A stretch of 64,000 bases of DNA from Microbacterium sp. (GCA_017744855.1 JAGIAK010000004.1:811-64810), one strand, 5' to 3'. Positions 40,667 through 50,540 are shown, numbered from the stretch's first letter. Notes: a model not told the origin generated them from the sequence alone. Numbers and translations: made by a program.

Positions 40667-42532
40667 GTGTCCGCATCCGAGAAGAGCCCCCGAGCCCCGC
40701 TGTCGCCGCTCGGCGACGACGAGTGGCCCGTCTCGACCGAGGTCCTGATCATGGGCGGAGGCCCTGTCGGCCTCTCCTGCGCGATCCTGCTCGCCCAGCG
40801 CGGCATCGACGTGCTGCTCGTCGAGCGCAGGGACTTCGTGTTCCGCTTCCCGCGGGCGCACCTCCTCAATCCGCGCACGATGGAGGCCTTCCACGACATG
40901 CGCGTGGCCGACGACATCTACGCCGCCACCCCCACGCACGACCGCTGGCGCAAGGCCGTCTGGTACACCACGGCCACCGGGCCAGGACGCTTCGACGGCC
41001 TGAAGATCGGCGAGGTGCCGGCCTGGGGTGGCGGACCGGATGCCGAGCGCTATCGTGCCTCGAGCCCGCGGGCCTTCGCGAACATGCCGCAGCTGCGCCT
41101 CGACCCGCTGATCCACCGGCACGCGCTCGCCGCAGCCCCCGGTCGCATCCGCAGCCGCCAGGAGGTCGTCGACATCGTGCAGGAGGCGGATGCCGCCGTC
41201 GTCTCCGTGCGCGACCTGGAGTCGGGCGTCGTGCGCACCGTCCGCGCGCAGTACGTGATCGCCGCGGACGGCGGACGCGACAGCGCCGCGATGCTCGGCG
41301 TGGAGATGGAGGGTCCGCGCGACATGCGCGAGGTCGTCAACTACCACGTGAGCATGGATCTCTCCGCGTGGTCGGAGCCCGACGCGCTGCTCGGGCACTT
41401 CATGCACCCCGCGGGAGGTGCCCGCCGTCGCGGCACCATCCAGGCGCTCGGGCCCACGCACTACAACCGCGACGCGGAGGAGTGGCTGGTGTCGGTCGCC
41501 GCGTGGATGGTGGAGGGCGACCCCGACGACGAGGCCGCGCTGTTCGCGTCGATCCGGCGGATGCTGGGCCTCGCCGAGGACCACGAGATCACGATGCACT
41601 CGATGACCAGGTGGAGCTACGACGCGCTCGTCGCGAAGTCGTTCCGCGCTGGGCGCGTGCTCCTCGCGGGCGACGCCGCGCACAAGCACCCGCCTACTGG
41701 AGGGCTCGGCCTGAACAGCGGCATCCAGGACGCGCAGAACCTGTGCTGGAAGCTCGCCGCCGTGCTCGACGGACAGGCCCCCGATGCGCTGCTCGACAGC
41801 TACGAGGCCGAACGCCGCCCCACCGTCGCCTGGTACACCGCGCACTCGCTGGAGAACGCCAACCGGCATCCTCCGATCGCCGAGGCGCTGGGTTTCACCG
41901 ACGACGAGGCCGAGGGCTTCCGCAGCCTGGAGGTGTTCGTCAGCGACACCCCCGAGGGTGACGCCATGCGCGCGCGGGTCGCCGCAGAGGTGGGCCACAA
42001 CGCGCACGACTACAGCCAGCTCGGCGTCGAGGCGGGCTACCACTACTGGGCCGGCGCCCTCGTGCCAGACGGCACGCCCGTACCGGGCGACCCCTCCGAC
42101 CCGGTGACGTTCCACGCCACCTCGCGTCCAGGGCACCACCTGCCGCACGTCTGGCTGGCCGGCCGCGACGGCGTCTCGGTGCACGACCTCATCGCGCAGA
42201 CCGGCCTCACCCTGCTCACGTCCGCGTCGTCAGCGCCGAGCTGGACGGCCGCGGTCGAGGCCGCGGGAGGGCGGATGCCGATCACCGTCGCCGCCGTGGC
42301 GGACGACGACGCCGGCTGGGCCGCCGCCCGGCAGATCGAGGGCGACGGAGCGCTGCTCGTGCGCCCTGACCGCAAGGTCGCGTGGCGCTCGCCGCACCTG
42401 CCCAAGGACCCGGCCGGCGCTCTCGCCGCGGCACTGGAGACCGTGCTGCGCGGCGGCGACGCCCCCGCCGACGACCCGGCGGAACCGTACCTCCGCCGCA
42501 TCCGCGCCGCCGCCGACGTGCTCGTGCGCTGA
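40667..42532 (+). CDS. FAD-dependent aromatic-ring monooxygenase (PheA/TfdB-like)
   Basis: GGGPVG, AADGG and LAGDAAHKHPPTGGLGLNSGIQDAQNL motifs. Confidence 0.9.
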   Translation: MSASEKSPRAPLSPLGDDEWPVSTEVLIMGGGPVGLSCAILLAQRGIDVLLVERRDFVFRFPRAHLLNPRTMEAFHDMRVADDIYAATPTHDRWRKAVWYTTATGPGRFDGLKIGEVPAWGGGPDAERYRASSPRAFANMPQLRLDPLIHRHALAAAPGRIRSRQEVVDIVQEADAAVVSVRDLESGVVRTVRAQYVIAADGGRDSAAMLGVEMEGPRDMREVVNYHVSMDLSAWSEPDALLGHFMHPAGGARRRGTIQALGPTHYNRDAEEWLVSVAAWMVEGDPDDEAALFASIRRMLGLAEDHEITMHSMTRWSYDALVAKSFRAGRVLLAGDAAHKHPPTGGLGLNSGIQDAQNLCWKLAAVLDGQAPDALLDSYEAERRPTVAWYTAHSLENANRHPPIAEALGFTDDEAEGFRSLEVFVSDTPEGDAMRARVAAEVGHNAHDYSQLGVEAGYHYWAGALVPDGTPVPGDPSDPVTFHATSRPGHHLPHVWLAGRDGVSVHDLIAQTGLTLLTSASSAPSWTAAVEAAGGRMPITVAAVADDDAGWAAARQIEGDGALLVRPDRKVAWRSPHLPKDPAGALAAALETVLRGGDAPADDPAEPYLRRIRAAADVLVR

Positions 42533-42539
42533 CCCGCTC

Positions 42540-42570
42540 GGGGCGATCCGACACCGTGTCGGATCGCCCC
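42540..42570. promoter_or_regulatory. Extended palindrome with core TCCGACAC-C-GTGTCGGA, putative activator site 3 (may also act as a hairpin)
   Basis: Centre 42555 lies 63 bp upstream of TAGCGT (42618). Confidence 0.6.
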
Positions 42571-42679
42571 CGCGCAGATTCCCGCTCTGCACCGATTACC
42601 CCCGCCCGCCGCTTCCGTAGCGTCGAGAGCAGCATCGGGTCCCCGCCCGCCGGACCCCCACCGTCCCGAAGGAGCCACC

Positions 42680-43681
42680 GTGATCATCGACGTCCACGGC
42701 CACATGACCGCCCCGGATTCCTACTATGCGTGGAAGGCGTCGCTGCTCGCGGCGCGCGGTTCGCACGGCGGCAAGCCCCCGGTGATCAGCGACGACGACC
42801 TCATCGCCTCCTACCACGCGCCGCACCCGAGCTTCGGGCACGTGTCGCACCTGGACCACATCGACGGCGCCGGGATCGACCTGCAACTGCTCTCCCCCCG
42901 TCCGTTCCACGCCATGCACTCCGAGCGCCCCACGAAGATCGTCGAGTGGTTCACGGCCGAGACCAACAACATCATCCACCGCACCACCGAGCTGTTCCCC
43001 GGCCGGTTCCGCGGCATCGCCGGCATCCCGCAGAGCCCCTACCTCACCGTGGAGCAGTGGCTGCCCGAGCTGCGCCGCGCGGTCACCGAGCTCGGCTTCG
43101 TCGGAGCGATGGTCAACTCCGACCCCTACGAGGGCACCGAGGTGCCGCCGGCGATGGGCGAGCGCTACTGGTACCCGCTGTACGAGGCGCTCTGCGAGCT
43201 CGACGTGCCGATGCTGCTGCACTCGGCGGGCTGCAAGTACCCCGCACGCGAGCCCTACAGTCTGCACTTCATCCAGGAGGAGACGGTGTCGGTCTGGAGC
43301 ATGATCCAGGCGAACGTCTTCGCCGACTTCCCCGACCTCAAGGTCATCGTCGCCCACGGCGGCGGAGCGATCCCGTACCAGATGGGCCGCTTCCTGCCGT
43401 CGGTCGTGCGCACGGGGGTCTCCTACCTCGACAAGCTCCGCAACTTCTACTTCGACTCCTGCCTGTACACGCAGGACAGCCTCGAGCTGCTGATGAAGGC
43501 CGTCGGCACCGACCGGGTGCTGTTCGGCTCCGAGAAGCCGGGCACCGGCTCGCAGATCGACCCGGCCACCGGCCGTTGGTTCGACGACATCCACCTGCTC
43601 ATCGACGACATCGAGTGGCTCGACGCCGATCGTCGCGCCGACGTGCTCGAGAACAACGCCCGCAGCCTCTTCCGGCTCTGA
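42680..43681 (+). CDS. Amidohydrolase 2 family, 4-oxalomesaconate hydratase (LigJ)-like
   Basis: MIIDVHGH, AHGGGAIPYQ and LFGSEKPG motifs; meta-cleavage context. Confidence 0.8.
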   Translation: MIIDVHGHMTAPDSYYAWKASLLAARGSHGGKPPVISDDDLIASYHAPHPSFGHVSHLDHIDGAGIDLQLLSPRPFHAMHSERPTKIVEWFTAETNNIIHRTTELFPGRFRGIAGIPQSPYLTVEQWLPELRRAVTELGFVGAMVNSDPYEGTEVPPAMGERYWYPLYEALCELDVPMLLHSAGCKYPAREPYSLHFIQEETVSVWSMIQANVFADFPDLKVIVAHGGGAIPYQMGRFLPSVVRTGVSYLDKLRNFYFDSCLYTQDSLELLMKAVGTDRVLFGSEKPGTGSQIDPATGRWFDDIHLLIDDIEWLDADRRADVLENNARSLFRL

Positions 43682-43709
43682 GCATCCGCACTTCGAGAAG
43701 GGATCCACC

Positions 43710-44726
43710 ATGACCGAGATCGTCGCCGGATTCGGCACCTCGCACGGACCGCAGCTGAAGGCCGCCCCGCCCGAGGCCTGGGAGACCCGCGGCACGGCAG
43801 ACCGCCGCAGCAAGAACCTCAAGTTCCGCGGGGGCACCTACTCGTTCGAGGAGCTCGCCGCCCTGCGCGAGGACTTCTCCGCGGAGATCACGCACGACGT
43901 GATGCAGCGCCGCTGGGACAACTGCCAGGCGTCCATGGACGACCTGTCGCGCTTCATCCACGAGCAGAAGGTCGATGTGCTCGTCATCGTCTCCAGCGAC
44001 CACAAGGAGACCTACGGCGACGAGTGGCTCGCGCCGTTCTCGGTGTTCTGGGGCGATGAGGTCGCGCACGTCCCCTACACGCAGGCGCAGCTCGACGAGA
44101 TGGCGCCGGGGCTCGCGGAGGCGGCGATGGGCGACGTGCCCGACCGCACGGTGATGCGCCCGACCCACCGCGAGCTCGGCAAGCACATCATCCAGTCCAC
44201 CCAGGCCGACGACTTCGACACCGGCGCCACCGAGGTGATCCCGGCGGGTCGCTACGAGAACCACACCATCCCGCACGGCTTCGGGTTCATCTACCAGCGC
44301 TTCATGGGGCAGGACTCCACGATCCCGATGGTGCCGATCTTCATCAACACCTTCTGGGAGCCGAACCCGCCGAGCGCCAAGCGCTGCTACGACTTCGGCC
44401 GTTCCGTCGCCCGCGCCATCCGGTCGTTCCCCGGCGACCTGCGCGTCGGCGTCGTCGCCTCCGGCGGTCTCAGCCACTTCGTGATCGACGAGAAGCTCGA
44501 CGGCGAGTTCATCCAGGCGATGAAGGACCACGATGCCGAGTACCTGTCGTCCGTCCCCGCGGGGGAGATGATGTCCGGTGCCTCCGAGCTGCGCAACTGG
44601 ATCGCCGTCGCCGGCATCGCCGACGAGGTGGGGTTGAACGTCACCCGCGTCGACTATGAGCCCTGCTACCGCACCGAGGCGGGCACCGGGAACGCCATGG
44701 GCTTCGTCACCTGGGAGCGCGCCTGA
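43710..44726 (+). CDS. Class III extradiol ring-cleavage dioxygenase (LigB/DesZ-like)
   Basis: GFGTSHGP, PHGFGF, ASGGLSHF and SELRNW motifs. Confidence 0.85.
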   Translation: MTEIVAGFGTSHGPQLKAAPPEAWETRGTADRRSKNLKFRGGTYSFEELAALREDFSAEITHDVMQRRWDNCQASMDDLSRFIHEQKVDVLVIVSSDHKETYGDEWLAPFSVFWGDEVAHVPYTQAQLDEMAPGLAEAAMGDVPDRTVMRPTHRELGKHIIQSTQADDFDTGATEVIPAGRYENHTIPHGFGFIYQRFMGQDSTIPMVPIFINTFWEPNPPSAKRCYDFGRSVARAIRSFPGDLRVGVVASGGLSHFVIDEKLDGEFIQAMKDHDAEYLSSVPAGEMMSGASELRNWIAVAGIADEVGLNVTRVDYEPCYRTEAGTGNAMGFVTWERA

Positions 44727-44727
44727 C

Positions 44728-45393
44728 ATGACCACGCCCTCGGAGATCGTGGCGGCGCTGCGGATGCTGGACAGCTGCGCCGTGTCGGACGCCCTGGACA
44801 CCCTGGGGCTTCCCGGCGCGGTGACGCCGCTGCGTCCGATGTGGCCGGCAGGTCGCACGGTCGCCGGGCGGGTGCGCACGGTGACCGCAGCGCCGAAGGC
44901 CGCGGCGGGGCCGGCGACCCACATCGCCACCCCGCTGGTCGCGATCGCCGAGCCAGACGACGTCGTCGTGATCGACAACCACGCCCGCACCGACGTCTCG
45001 TGCTGGGGCGGCCTCCTCGCCGAGGCGGCCGTGCAGCGCCGGATCGCCGGCGTGATCGTCGACGGCGCGTGCCGCGACGTGCAGGAGAGCGAGGCGCTCG
45101 GCCTCCCCGTCTTCGCCCGCGCGGCCGTGCCCGTCAGCGCGCGCGGACGCATCGTGCAGCAGGCGATGGACGAGCGCATCCAGGTGGCCGGCGTGTCCGT
45201 CGCGGCGCACGACTACGTGATCGCCGACGTCAACGGCGTGGTGTTCGTCGCCGCATCCGAGGCGGAGCGCGTGATCGCCCTCGCGCAGCGCATCGCCGAC
45301 CGCGAGGCCCGCATGGCCGAGGCCGTCCGGAGCGGCCGCGACGTCAGCGAGGTCATGCACGATTCCCAGTTCCCCACCGTCACCGCGGAGTGA
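44728..45393 (+). CDS. RraA family protein (HMG/CHA aldolase-like) 1
   Basis: AVSDALD, CWGGLL, VDGACRD and ADVNGVV motifs. Confidence 0.85.
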   Translation: MTTPSEIVAALRMLDSCAVSDALDTLGLPGAVTPLRPMWPAGRTVAGRVRTVTAAPKAAAGPATHIATPLVAIAEPDDVVVIDNHARTDVSCWGGLLAEAAVQRRIAGVIVDGACRDVQESEALGLPVFARAAVPVSARGRIVQQAMDERIQVAGVSVAAHDYVIADVNGVVFVAASEAERVIALAQRIADREARMAEAVRSGRDVSEVMHDSQFPTVTAE

Positions 45394-45398
45394 GAAGA

Positions 45399-46052
45399 AT
45401 GACCGACACCCTCCTCGAGCGCGTCGCCGCGCTCGGCACAGCCACCGTCTCCGACGCCCTCGACAAGCACGCCCGCCCCGGCAGCCTGCTCGGCATCGCA
45501 CCGCTCGCCGACGGGCAGCGCATGGTCGGGCGTGCGTTCACCGTGCGCTACGTCAGCGCGCAGGTGCCGGCGGGCACGGTCGGCGACTTCATCGACCAGG
45601 TCCAGCCTGGCCAGGTCGTCGTGCTCGACAACGACGGACGCGTGGACTGCACCGTGTGGGGTGACATCCTCACCGCCGTCGCCCATCACCGCGGCATCGC
45701 GGGCACTGTCATCGAGGGCGTCTGCCGCGACACGCACCGCGCGCTCTCGATCGGCTACCCGATCTACAGCCGCGGACGCTTCATGCGCACAGGCAAGGAC
45801 CGCGTCGAGGTCGCGGAGGAGCAGGGGCCCGTCACGATCGGCGGCGTCACCGTGCGACCGGGCGACATCCTGCTCGGCGACTCCGACGGCGTCGTCGCGA
45901 TCCCGCAGGACATCGAGGATGCCGTGCTCGCCACCGCCGAGATGATCCACGCGCGCGAGGAGTCCATCCTGGCCGCCGCGCTCGGCGGCGCCTCCATCGC
46001 CGAGGCGCGCGCGCAGTACGGATACCACGACCTGCAGAGGGCAGACGCGTGA
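45399..46052 (+). CDS. RraA family protein (HMG/CHA aldolase-like) 2
   Basis: TVSDALD, VWGDIL, IEGVCRD and GDSDGVV motifs. Confidence 0.85.
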   Translation: MTDTLLERVAALGTATVSDALDKHARPGSLLGIAPLADGQRMVGRAFTVRYVSAQVPAGTVGDFIDQVQPGQVVVLDNDGRVDCTVWGDILTAVAHHRGIAGTVIEGVCRDTHRALSIGYPIYSRGRFMRTGKDRVEVAEEQGPVTIGGVTVRPGDILLGDSDGVVAIPQDIEDAVLATAEMIHAREESILAAALGGASIAEARAQYGYHDLQRADA

Positions 46053-46687
46053 TCGACCCGACGACGGATGCCGAGGAGCTGCTGCGGCTGGGCACGGCCA
46101 CGCTGTACGAGGCGTCGGGGAGCGACTGCTTCCTCGACGCGTCGTTCCGTCCCGCCTGGGACGGCGCGCAGCTCGTCGGACGCGCCGTCACCGTGTCGGC
46201 GCAGGCGGGGGACAACCTCGCGCTGCACCACGCCATCGCGGCCGCCGGTCCCGGCGACGTGCTGGTCGTCGACGGCGGAGGAGCCCCGTTCGGATACTGG
46301 GGCGAGGTGATGGCCGTCGCCGCGCAGGCCCGCGGCATCCGCGGCCTGGTGATCGACGGCGGCGTGCGCGACACCGCGCAGCTGGCCGCTCTCGGGTTCC
46401 CCGCGTTCAGCACGTCGATCTCGATCCGCGGCACGATCAAGGAGTGGCCGGGCACGGTCGGCCTGCCGATCACCCTGCGCGGGCGCGTCGTGGAGACCGG
46501 CGACGTGATCGTGGCTGACCGCGACGGGGTGGCGGTGCTGCCCGCCGCCCGCTACGACGAGGTGCTCGCGGCGTCTCGCGAGCGGGCTCAGAAGGAGGAC
46601 GCCTACATGGCGCGGCTCCGCGCGGGCGAGCTGACCCTCGACGTGTACGACTTCCGGCGCCTCGGCGCGCCGGTCACCCCGGCCTGA
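46049..46687 (+). CDS. RraA family protein, LigK-like 4-carboxy-4-hydroxy-2-oxoadipate aldolase
   Basis: GTATLYEA, GDNLALH, YWGEVM and IDGGVRD motifs. Confidence 0.82.
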   Translation: MIDPTTDAEELLRLGTATLYEASGSDCFLDASFRPAWDGAQLVGRAVTVSAQAGDNLALHHAIAAAGPGDVLVVDGGGAPFGYWGEVMAVAAQARGIRGLVIDGGVRDTAQLAALGFPAFSTSISIRGTIKEWPGTVGLPITLRGRVVETGDVIVADRDGVAVLPAARYDEVLAASRERAQKEDAYMARLRAGELTLDVYDFRRLGAPVTPA

Positions 46688-46697
46688 GAGGCAGAGC

Positions 46698-48341
46698 ATG
46701 ACCCAGGAACTGGACGCGGACGTCCTCATCGTCGGAGCGGGCCCCGTCGGTCTCGTCGCCGCCCTCGACCTCTCATCGCGCGGTGTCTCGGTTATCGTGA
46801 TCGAGCAGCGCGACTACCTCGAGCCGCCGAACGTGAAGTGCAACCACGTCGCTTCGCGCACGATGGAGAGCCTCCGTCGACTCGGGATCGCCGCCGAGGT
46901 GCGCGCTGCCGGACTCCCCTCCGACTATCCGCAGGACGTCGCGTTCCGCACCGCTCTCACGGGGCGCGAGTTCGCCCGCATCCCGATCCCCGCGAGTGGA
47001 GAGCGATACACCTCGACCACCGGGCCCGACACCTCGTGGAACACGCCGGAGCCCCCGCACCGGATCAACCAGACGTTCCTCGAGCCGATCCTCGCGCGCC
47101 ATGCGGCGGCGGCGCCCGGCGTCTCCCTGCGCAACCGCACCCTGTTCCACACCCTGGCGCAGGACGACGACGGCGTCTCGATCGTCGTGTCCGACCTCGA
47201 CGGCACGAACGAGCGGACCCTCCGCGGCCGGTACCTCATCGGCGCCGACGGCGGCCGGTCGAAGGTGCGCAAGCAGATCGGCTCGACGCTCAGCGGCGAC
47301 CCCGTGCTGCAGCACGTACAGTCCACCTGCATCCGCTCGGCCGAACTGTACGACCGCATGACCGCCGAGGAGCCGCGGGCCTGGGGGTACTACACCTTCA
47401 ACGCCCGTCGGGTCGGCCACGTGTACGCGATCGACGGCCGCGAGACGTTCCTCGTGCACACGTACCTCTCGCCCGAGGAGGCGGCGACCGAGGGGTCGGT
47501 CGACAGGGATGCCGCGATCCGCGCGATCCTCGGCGTCGACGAGCACTTCACGTACGACGCGGTGTCGAAGGAGGACTGGGTCGCGCGACGGCTGCTCGCC
47601 GACCGCTTCCGCGACCGGCGGATCTTCCTCGCCGGCGACGCCACGCACCTGTGGGTGCCGTTCGCCGGTTTCGGCATGAACGCCGGCATCGCCGACGTGC
47701 TCAATCTCACCTGGGCGCTCGGCGCGCACGTGAACGGGTGGGCGGATGCCGGCATCCTCGACGCCTACGAGGCCGAGCGGCGTCCGATCACCGAGCAGGT
47801 CTCGCGCTTCGCGATGAACCACCAACAGAAGCTCGCCAAGCCGTCGCTGCCCGCCGCGCTGGAAGACGACTCCGTCGAGGGCGAGGCCGCGCGCGCCGCG
47901 TTCGGCGCCGCCGTGCACGCCCTCAACGAGCCGCAGTTCGCCGCCGCGGGGCTCAACTACGGCTACGTCTACGACGCCTCGCCGATCATCTTCTACGACG
48001 ACGAGCAGGCGCCGGGCTACTCGATGGGCGCGTACACGCCGTCGACGGTGCCCGGATGCCGCGCCCCGCACTTCCGTCTCGGCGGCGGCACATCGTTCTA
48101 CGACCTGCTCAGCGCCGGGTACACGGTCGTGGCGCGGCCAGGAGCCGACGTCTCGGCGCTCGCCGCAGAGGCCGAGGCGCGCGGCATCCCGTTCGCCGTG
48201 GTCGACGGCTCATGCGCTCCCGAGGAGTACCGGTATCCGCTCACGCTCGTACGGCAGGATCAGCACGTCGTGTGGCGCGGCGAGACGGCGGATGCCGACA
48301 CCGCCGCATCGCTGTGGGAGCTGCTCCGCGGCGCGCGCTGA
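46698..48341 (+). CDS. FAD-dependent aromatic monooxygenase
   Basis: GAGPVG, GADGGRS and LAGDATHLWVPFAGFGMNAGIAD motifs. Confidence 0.9.
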   Translation: MTQELDADVLIVGAGPVGLVAALDLSSRGVSVIVIEQRDYLEPPNVKCNHVASRTMESLRRLGIAAEVRAAGLPSDYPQDVAFRTALTGREFARIPIPASGERYTSTTGPDTSWNTPEPPHRINQTFLEPILARHAAAAPGVSLRNRTLFHTLAQDDDGVSIVVSDLDGTNERTLRGRYLIGADGGRSKVRKQIGSTLSGDPVLQHVQSTCIRSAELYDRMTAEEPRAWGYYTFNARRVGHVYAIDGRETFLVHTYLSPEEAATEGSVDRDAAIRAILGVDEHFTYDAVSKEDWVARRLLADRFRDRRIFLAGDATHLWVPFAGFGMNAGIADVLNLTWALGAHVNGWADAGILDAYEAERRPITEQVSRFAMNHQQKLAKPSLPAALEDDSVEGEAARAAFGAAVHALNEPQFAAAGLNYGYVYDASPIIFYDDEQAPGYSMGAYTPSTVPGCRAPHFRLGGGTSFYDLLSAGYTVVARPGADVSALAAEAEARGIPFAVVDGSCAPEEYRYPLTLVRQDQHVVWRGETADADTAASLWELLRGAR

Positions 48342-48343
48342 GC

Positions 48344-48502
48344 CGTTTCGACTCGAGGGCCGCAGCGCTGCCGGTCGTTGAGCGAGGGAGCCCAGCGACC
48401 GAGTCGAAACGAGTTCATGCGGCGGACGGCGTTTCGACTCGCTCCGCTCGCTCAACGACCGGGAGACGGTGTTTCGACTCGCTCCGCTCGCTCAACGACC
48501 GG
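48344..48502. repeat. REP-like repeat cluster left of the GIY-YIG gene
   Basis: Forward unit 48371-48411; inverted units 48430-48462 and 48471-48502; partial CGTTTCGACTCG at 48344. Confidence 0.9.
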
Positions 48503-48534
48503 GGGATGTCGGTGCCGTCGCGTAGCGTCCCGGC

Positions 48535-48831
48535 ATGGGTTACGTCTACATCCTCCGGTGCTCCGACGGGACGCTCTACGTCGGCAGCACGATCGACCTC
48601 GGCAGGCGGCTCGATCAGCATCAGGCGGGCATGGGCAGTGCCTACACTCGGCGTCGGCTTCCGGTGCAGCTGATCTGGAGCGAGGAGTTCGCCCGCATCG
48701 ATGAGGCCTTCGCGTGGGAGAAGCGGATTCAAGGCTGGAGCCATGCGAAGCGCGTGGCGTTCGTCGAGGGCGGCATCGACGCCGTCGCCGGCTGGAGCCG
48801 TCGGACCCGCGCGGTCCGTCCCGGTCGTTGA
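48535..48831 (+). CDS. Small stand-alone GIY-YIG nuclease family protein
   Basis: YVYILRCSDGTLYVGST..RRLDQH..YT..EKRIQGWSHAKR; stop codon lies inside the first right-hand repeat. Confidence 0.92.
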   Translation: MGYVYILRCSDGTLYVGSTIDLGRRLDQHQAGMGSAYTRRRLPVQLIWSEEFARIDEAFAWEKRIQGWSHAKRVAFVEGGIDAVAGWSRRTRAVRPGR

Positions 48832-48988
48832 GCGAGGGAGCGCAGCGAGCGAAGGTTCCCGGTCGTTGAGCGAGGGAGCGCAGGAAGCGAAGGTTCCTGG
48901 TCGTTGAGCGAGGGAGCGCAGCGAGCGAGTCGAAACGGGTTCACGCGGCGGACGGCGTTTCGACTCGCTGCGCTCGCTCAACGACCGG
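48821..48988. repeat. REP-like repeat cluster right of the GIY-YIG gene
   Basis: Three 38-bp-period GGTCGTTGAGCGAGGGAGCGCAG units (48821, 48859, 48897) and an inverted unit at 48956-48988. Confidence 0.9.
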
Positions 48989-48992
48989 GGCG

Positions 48993-50369
48993 TCAGCGGC
49001 GGATCACCTTCGTCGCGGCCATCGCCTTCAGTCCCTCGACGCCGAACTCCAGGCCGTAGCCGGAGGCCTTCGTGCCGCCGAACGGGATCGACGGGTCGAC
49101 GCCGCCGTGCTGGTTGATCCACACGGTACCGGCCTCGAGTCGCTGGGCGATCTCGGCCGCGGCATCCGCATCCGGCCCCCACACCGAGGCCCCGAGCCCC
49201 TGCTCGGTGCCGTTCGCGCGTCGCACCGCATCGTCGACGTCGGTGTACCGGATCACGGGCAGCACGGGCCCGAACTGCTCCTCGTCGACCACGGCGGCGC
49301 CGTCCTCGACGTCGGCGATGATCGTCGGCCGGTAGAACAGCGGACCCAGTTCGGGCGCGCCCTCGCCGCCGGTGACGATGCGGGCGCCGCGCTCGCGGGC
49401 GTCGTCGACGAGACGGGCGACGATCTCGTACTGCGCGGGGTTCTGCACGGGCCCGAGCCGGTTGGACTTGTCGTGTCCTGAGCCGATCGGGGCGGCCTCG
49501 GCGCGCGCGGCGAGAGCCGCGACCGTCTGCTCGTACACGGAGTCGTGCACGTAGAGCCGCTTGAGCGCGGCGCACACCTGGCCGGTGTTCATGAACGCGC
49601 CCCAGAACAGCGTGTCGGCCACGGCGTCGACGTCGGTCCCCGGCAGCACGATGCCGGCGTCGTTGCCGCCGAGCTCGAGCGTGAGACGGGCGAGGTTGGC
49701 GGCCGAGCTCTCCACGATGCGCCGACCGGTGGCGGTCGATCCGGTGAACACGATCTTCGCCACGTCGGGGTGCGAGGCGAGAGCGGCGCCCACCTCACGG
49801 TCTCCGGAGACCACCGTGAGCACGCCTGCCGGGAGGTGGCGGTTCAGGATCTCGGCGAGGGCGAGCACGCTCAGCGGGGTGTTCTCCGACGGCTTGATCA
49901 CCACCGTGTTGCCCATCCGCAGCGCGGGAGCCAGGTGCCAGACGGCGATCATCACCGGGAAGTTCCACGGTCCGATCGAAGCGACGACACCCAGCGGCGT
50001 GTACTGCAGCTCGGCGCCGTCAGCGAGACGTTGCGGTTCCAGCGGGATGTCGGCGGTGCTGCGCAGCCAGTGCGCGGCGCCGTGCGCCTCCCCGGAGCCG
50101 GCGACCTTGCCCTGCTCGTGCGTGATGATCTCGCCGAGCTCGTCGGCGAGGGCGTCGATCTCGTCGGCCGCGAGGCGCATCAGGCGGGAGCGTTCCGCGT
50201 GGCCGAGCGCCGCCCACGCGGGCTGCGCGGCCGAGGCGGCGGCGATGGCGGCGTCGAGGTCGGCGACGGTCCGGCGCGGGGCGTGGCCGACGACCTCGCG
50301 GGTCGCGGCGTCGAGGATGGCGCGGCCGGATGCCGGGTCGGCGGTGACGGCGGCGAGGAGCGTGTTCAT
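48993..50369 (-). CDS. Aldehyde dehydrogenase (phenylacetaldehyde dehydrogenase-like)
   Basis: GPWNFP, LELGGNDA, FMNTGQVC and EEQFGP motifs. Confidence 0.9.
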   Translation of the reverse strand: MNTLLAAVTADPASGRAILDAATREVVGHAPRRTVADLDAAIAAASAAQPAWAALGHAERSRLMRLAADEIDALADELGEIITHEQGKVAGSGEAHGAAHWLRSTADIPLEPQRLADGAELQYTPLGVVASIGPWNFPVMIAVWHLAPALRMGNTVVIKPSENTPLSVLALAEILNRHLPAGVLTVVSGDREVGAALASHPDVAKIVFTGSTATGRRIVESSAANLARLTLELGGNDAGIVLPGTDVDAVADTLFWGAFMNTGQVCAALKRLYVHDSVYEQTVAALAARAEAAPIGSGHDKSNRLGPVQNPAQYEIVARLVDDARERGARIVTGGEGAPELGPLFYRPTIIADVEDGAAVVDEEQFGPVLPVIRYTDVDDAVRRANGTEQGLGASVWGPDADAAAEIAQRLEAGTVWINQHGGVDPSIPFGGTKASGYGLEFGVEGLKAMAATKVIRR

Positions 50370-50383
50370 GGTGCATCCTTCCC

Positions 50384-50540
50384 CCGGCGCGGAGCCGGGT
50401 GTCTGTGGTCGGTATCGGCGCGAGGCCGGGTCTGTGGTCGAGGGCCCGGTGTGGAGCCGGGGTGGTCTGGTCCGGCGCGAGACCGGGATGGTCGGGGTCC
50501 GGCGCAGAGCCGGGGTGGTCGGAACCGGCGCAGAGCCGGG
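50384..50540. repeat. Imperfect tandem repeat, six copies of a CCGGCGCAGAGCCGGG-like core with 26-31 bp period
   Basis: Cores near 50384, 50415, 50446, 50472, 50499 and 50525 fill the whole intergenic space. Confidence 0.75.

Noticed and set aside
48344-48988. Possible CRISPR array around the GIY-YIG gene
   Set aside because: Repeats occur in both orientations, are directly adjacent or share the same spacer, and no cas genes are present.
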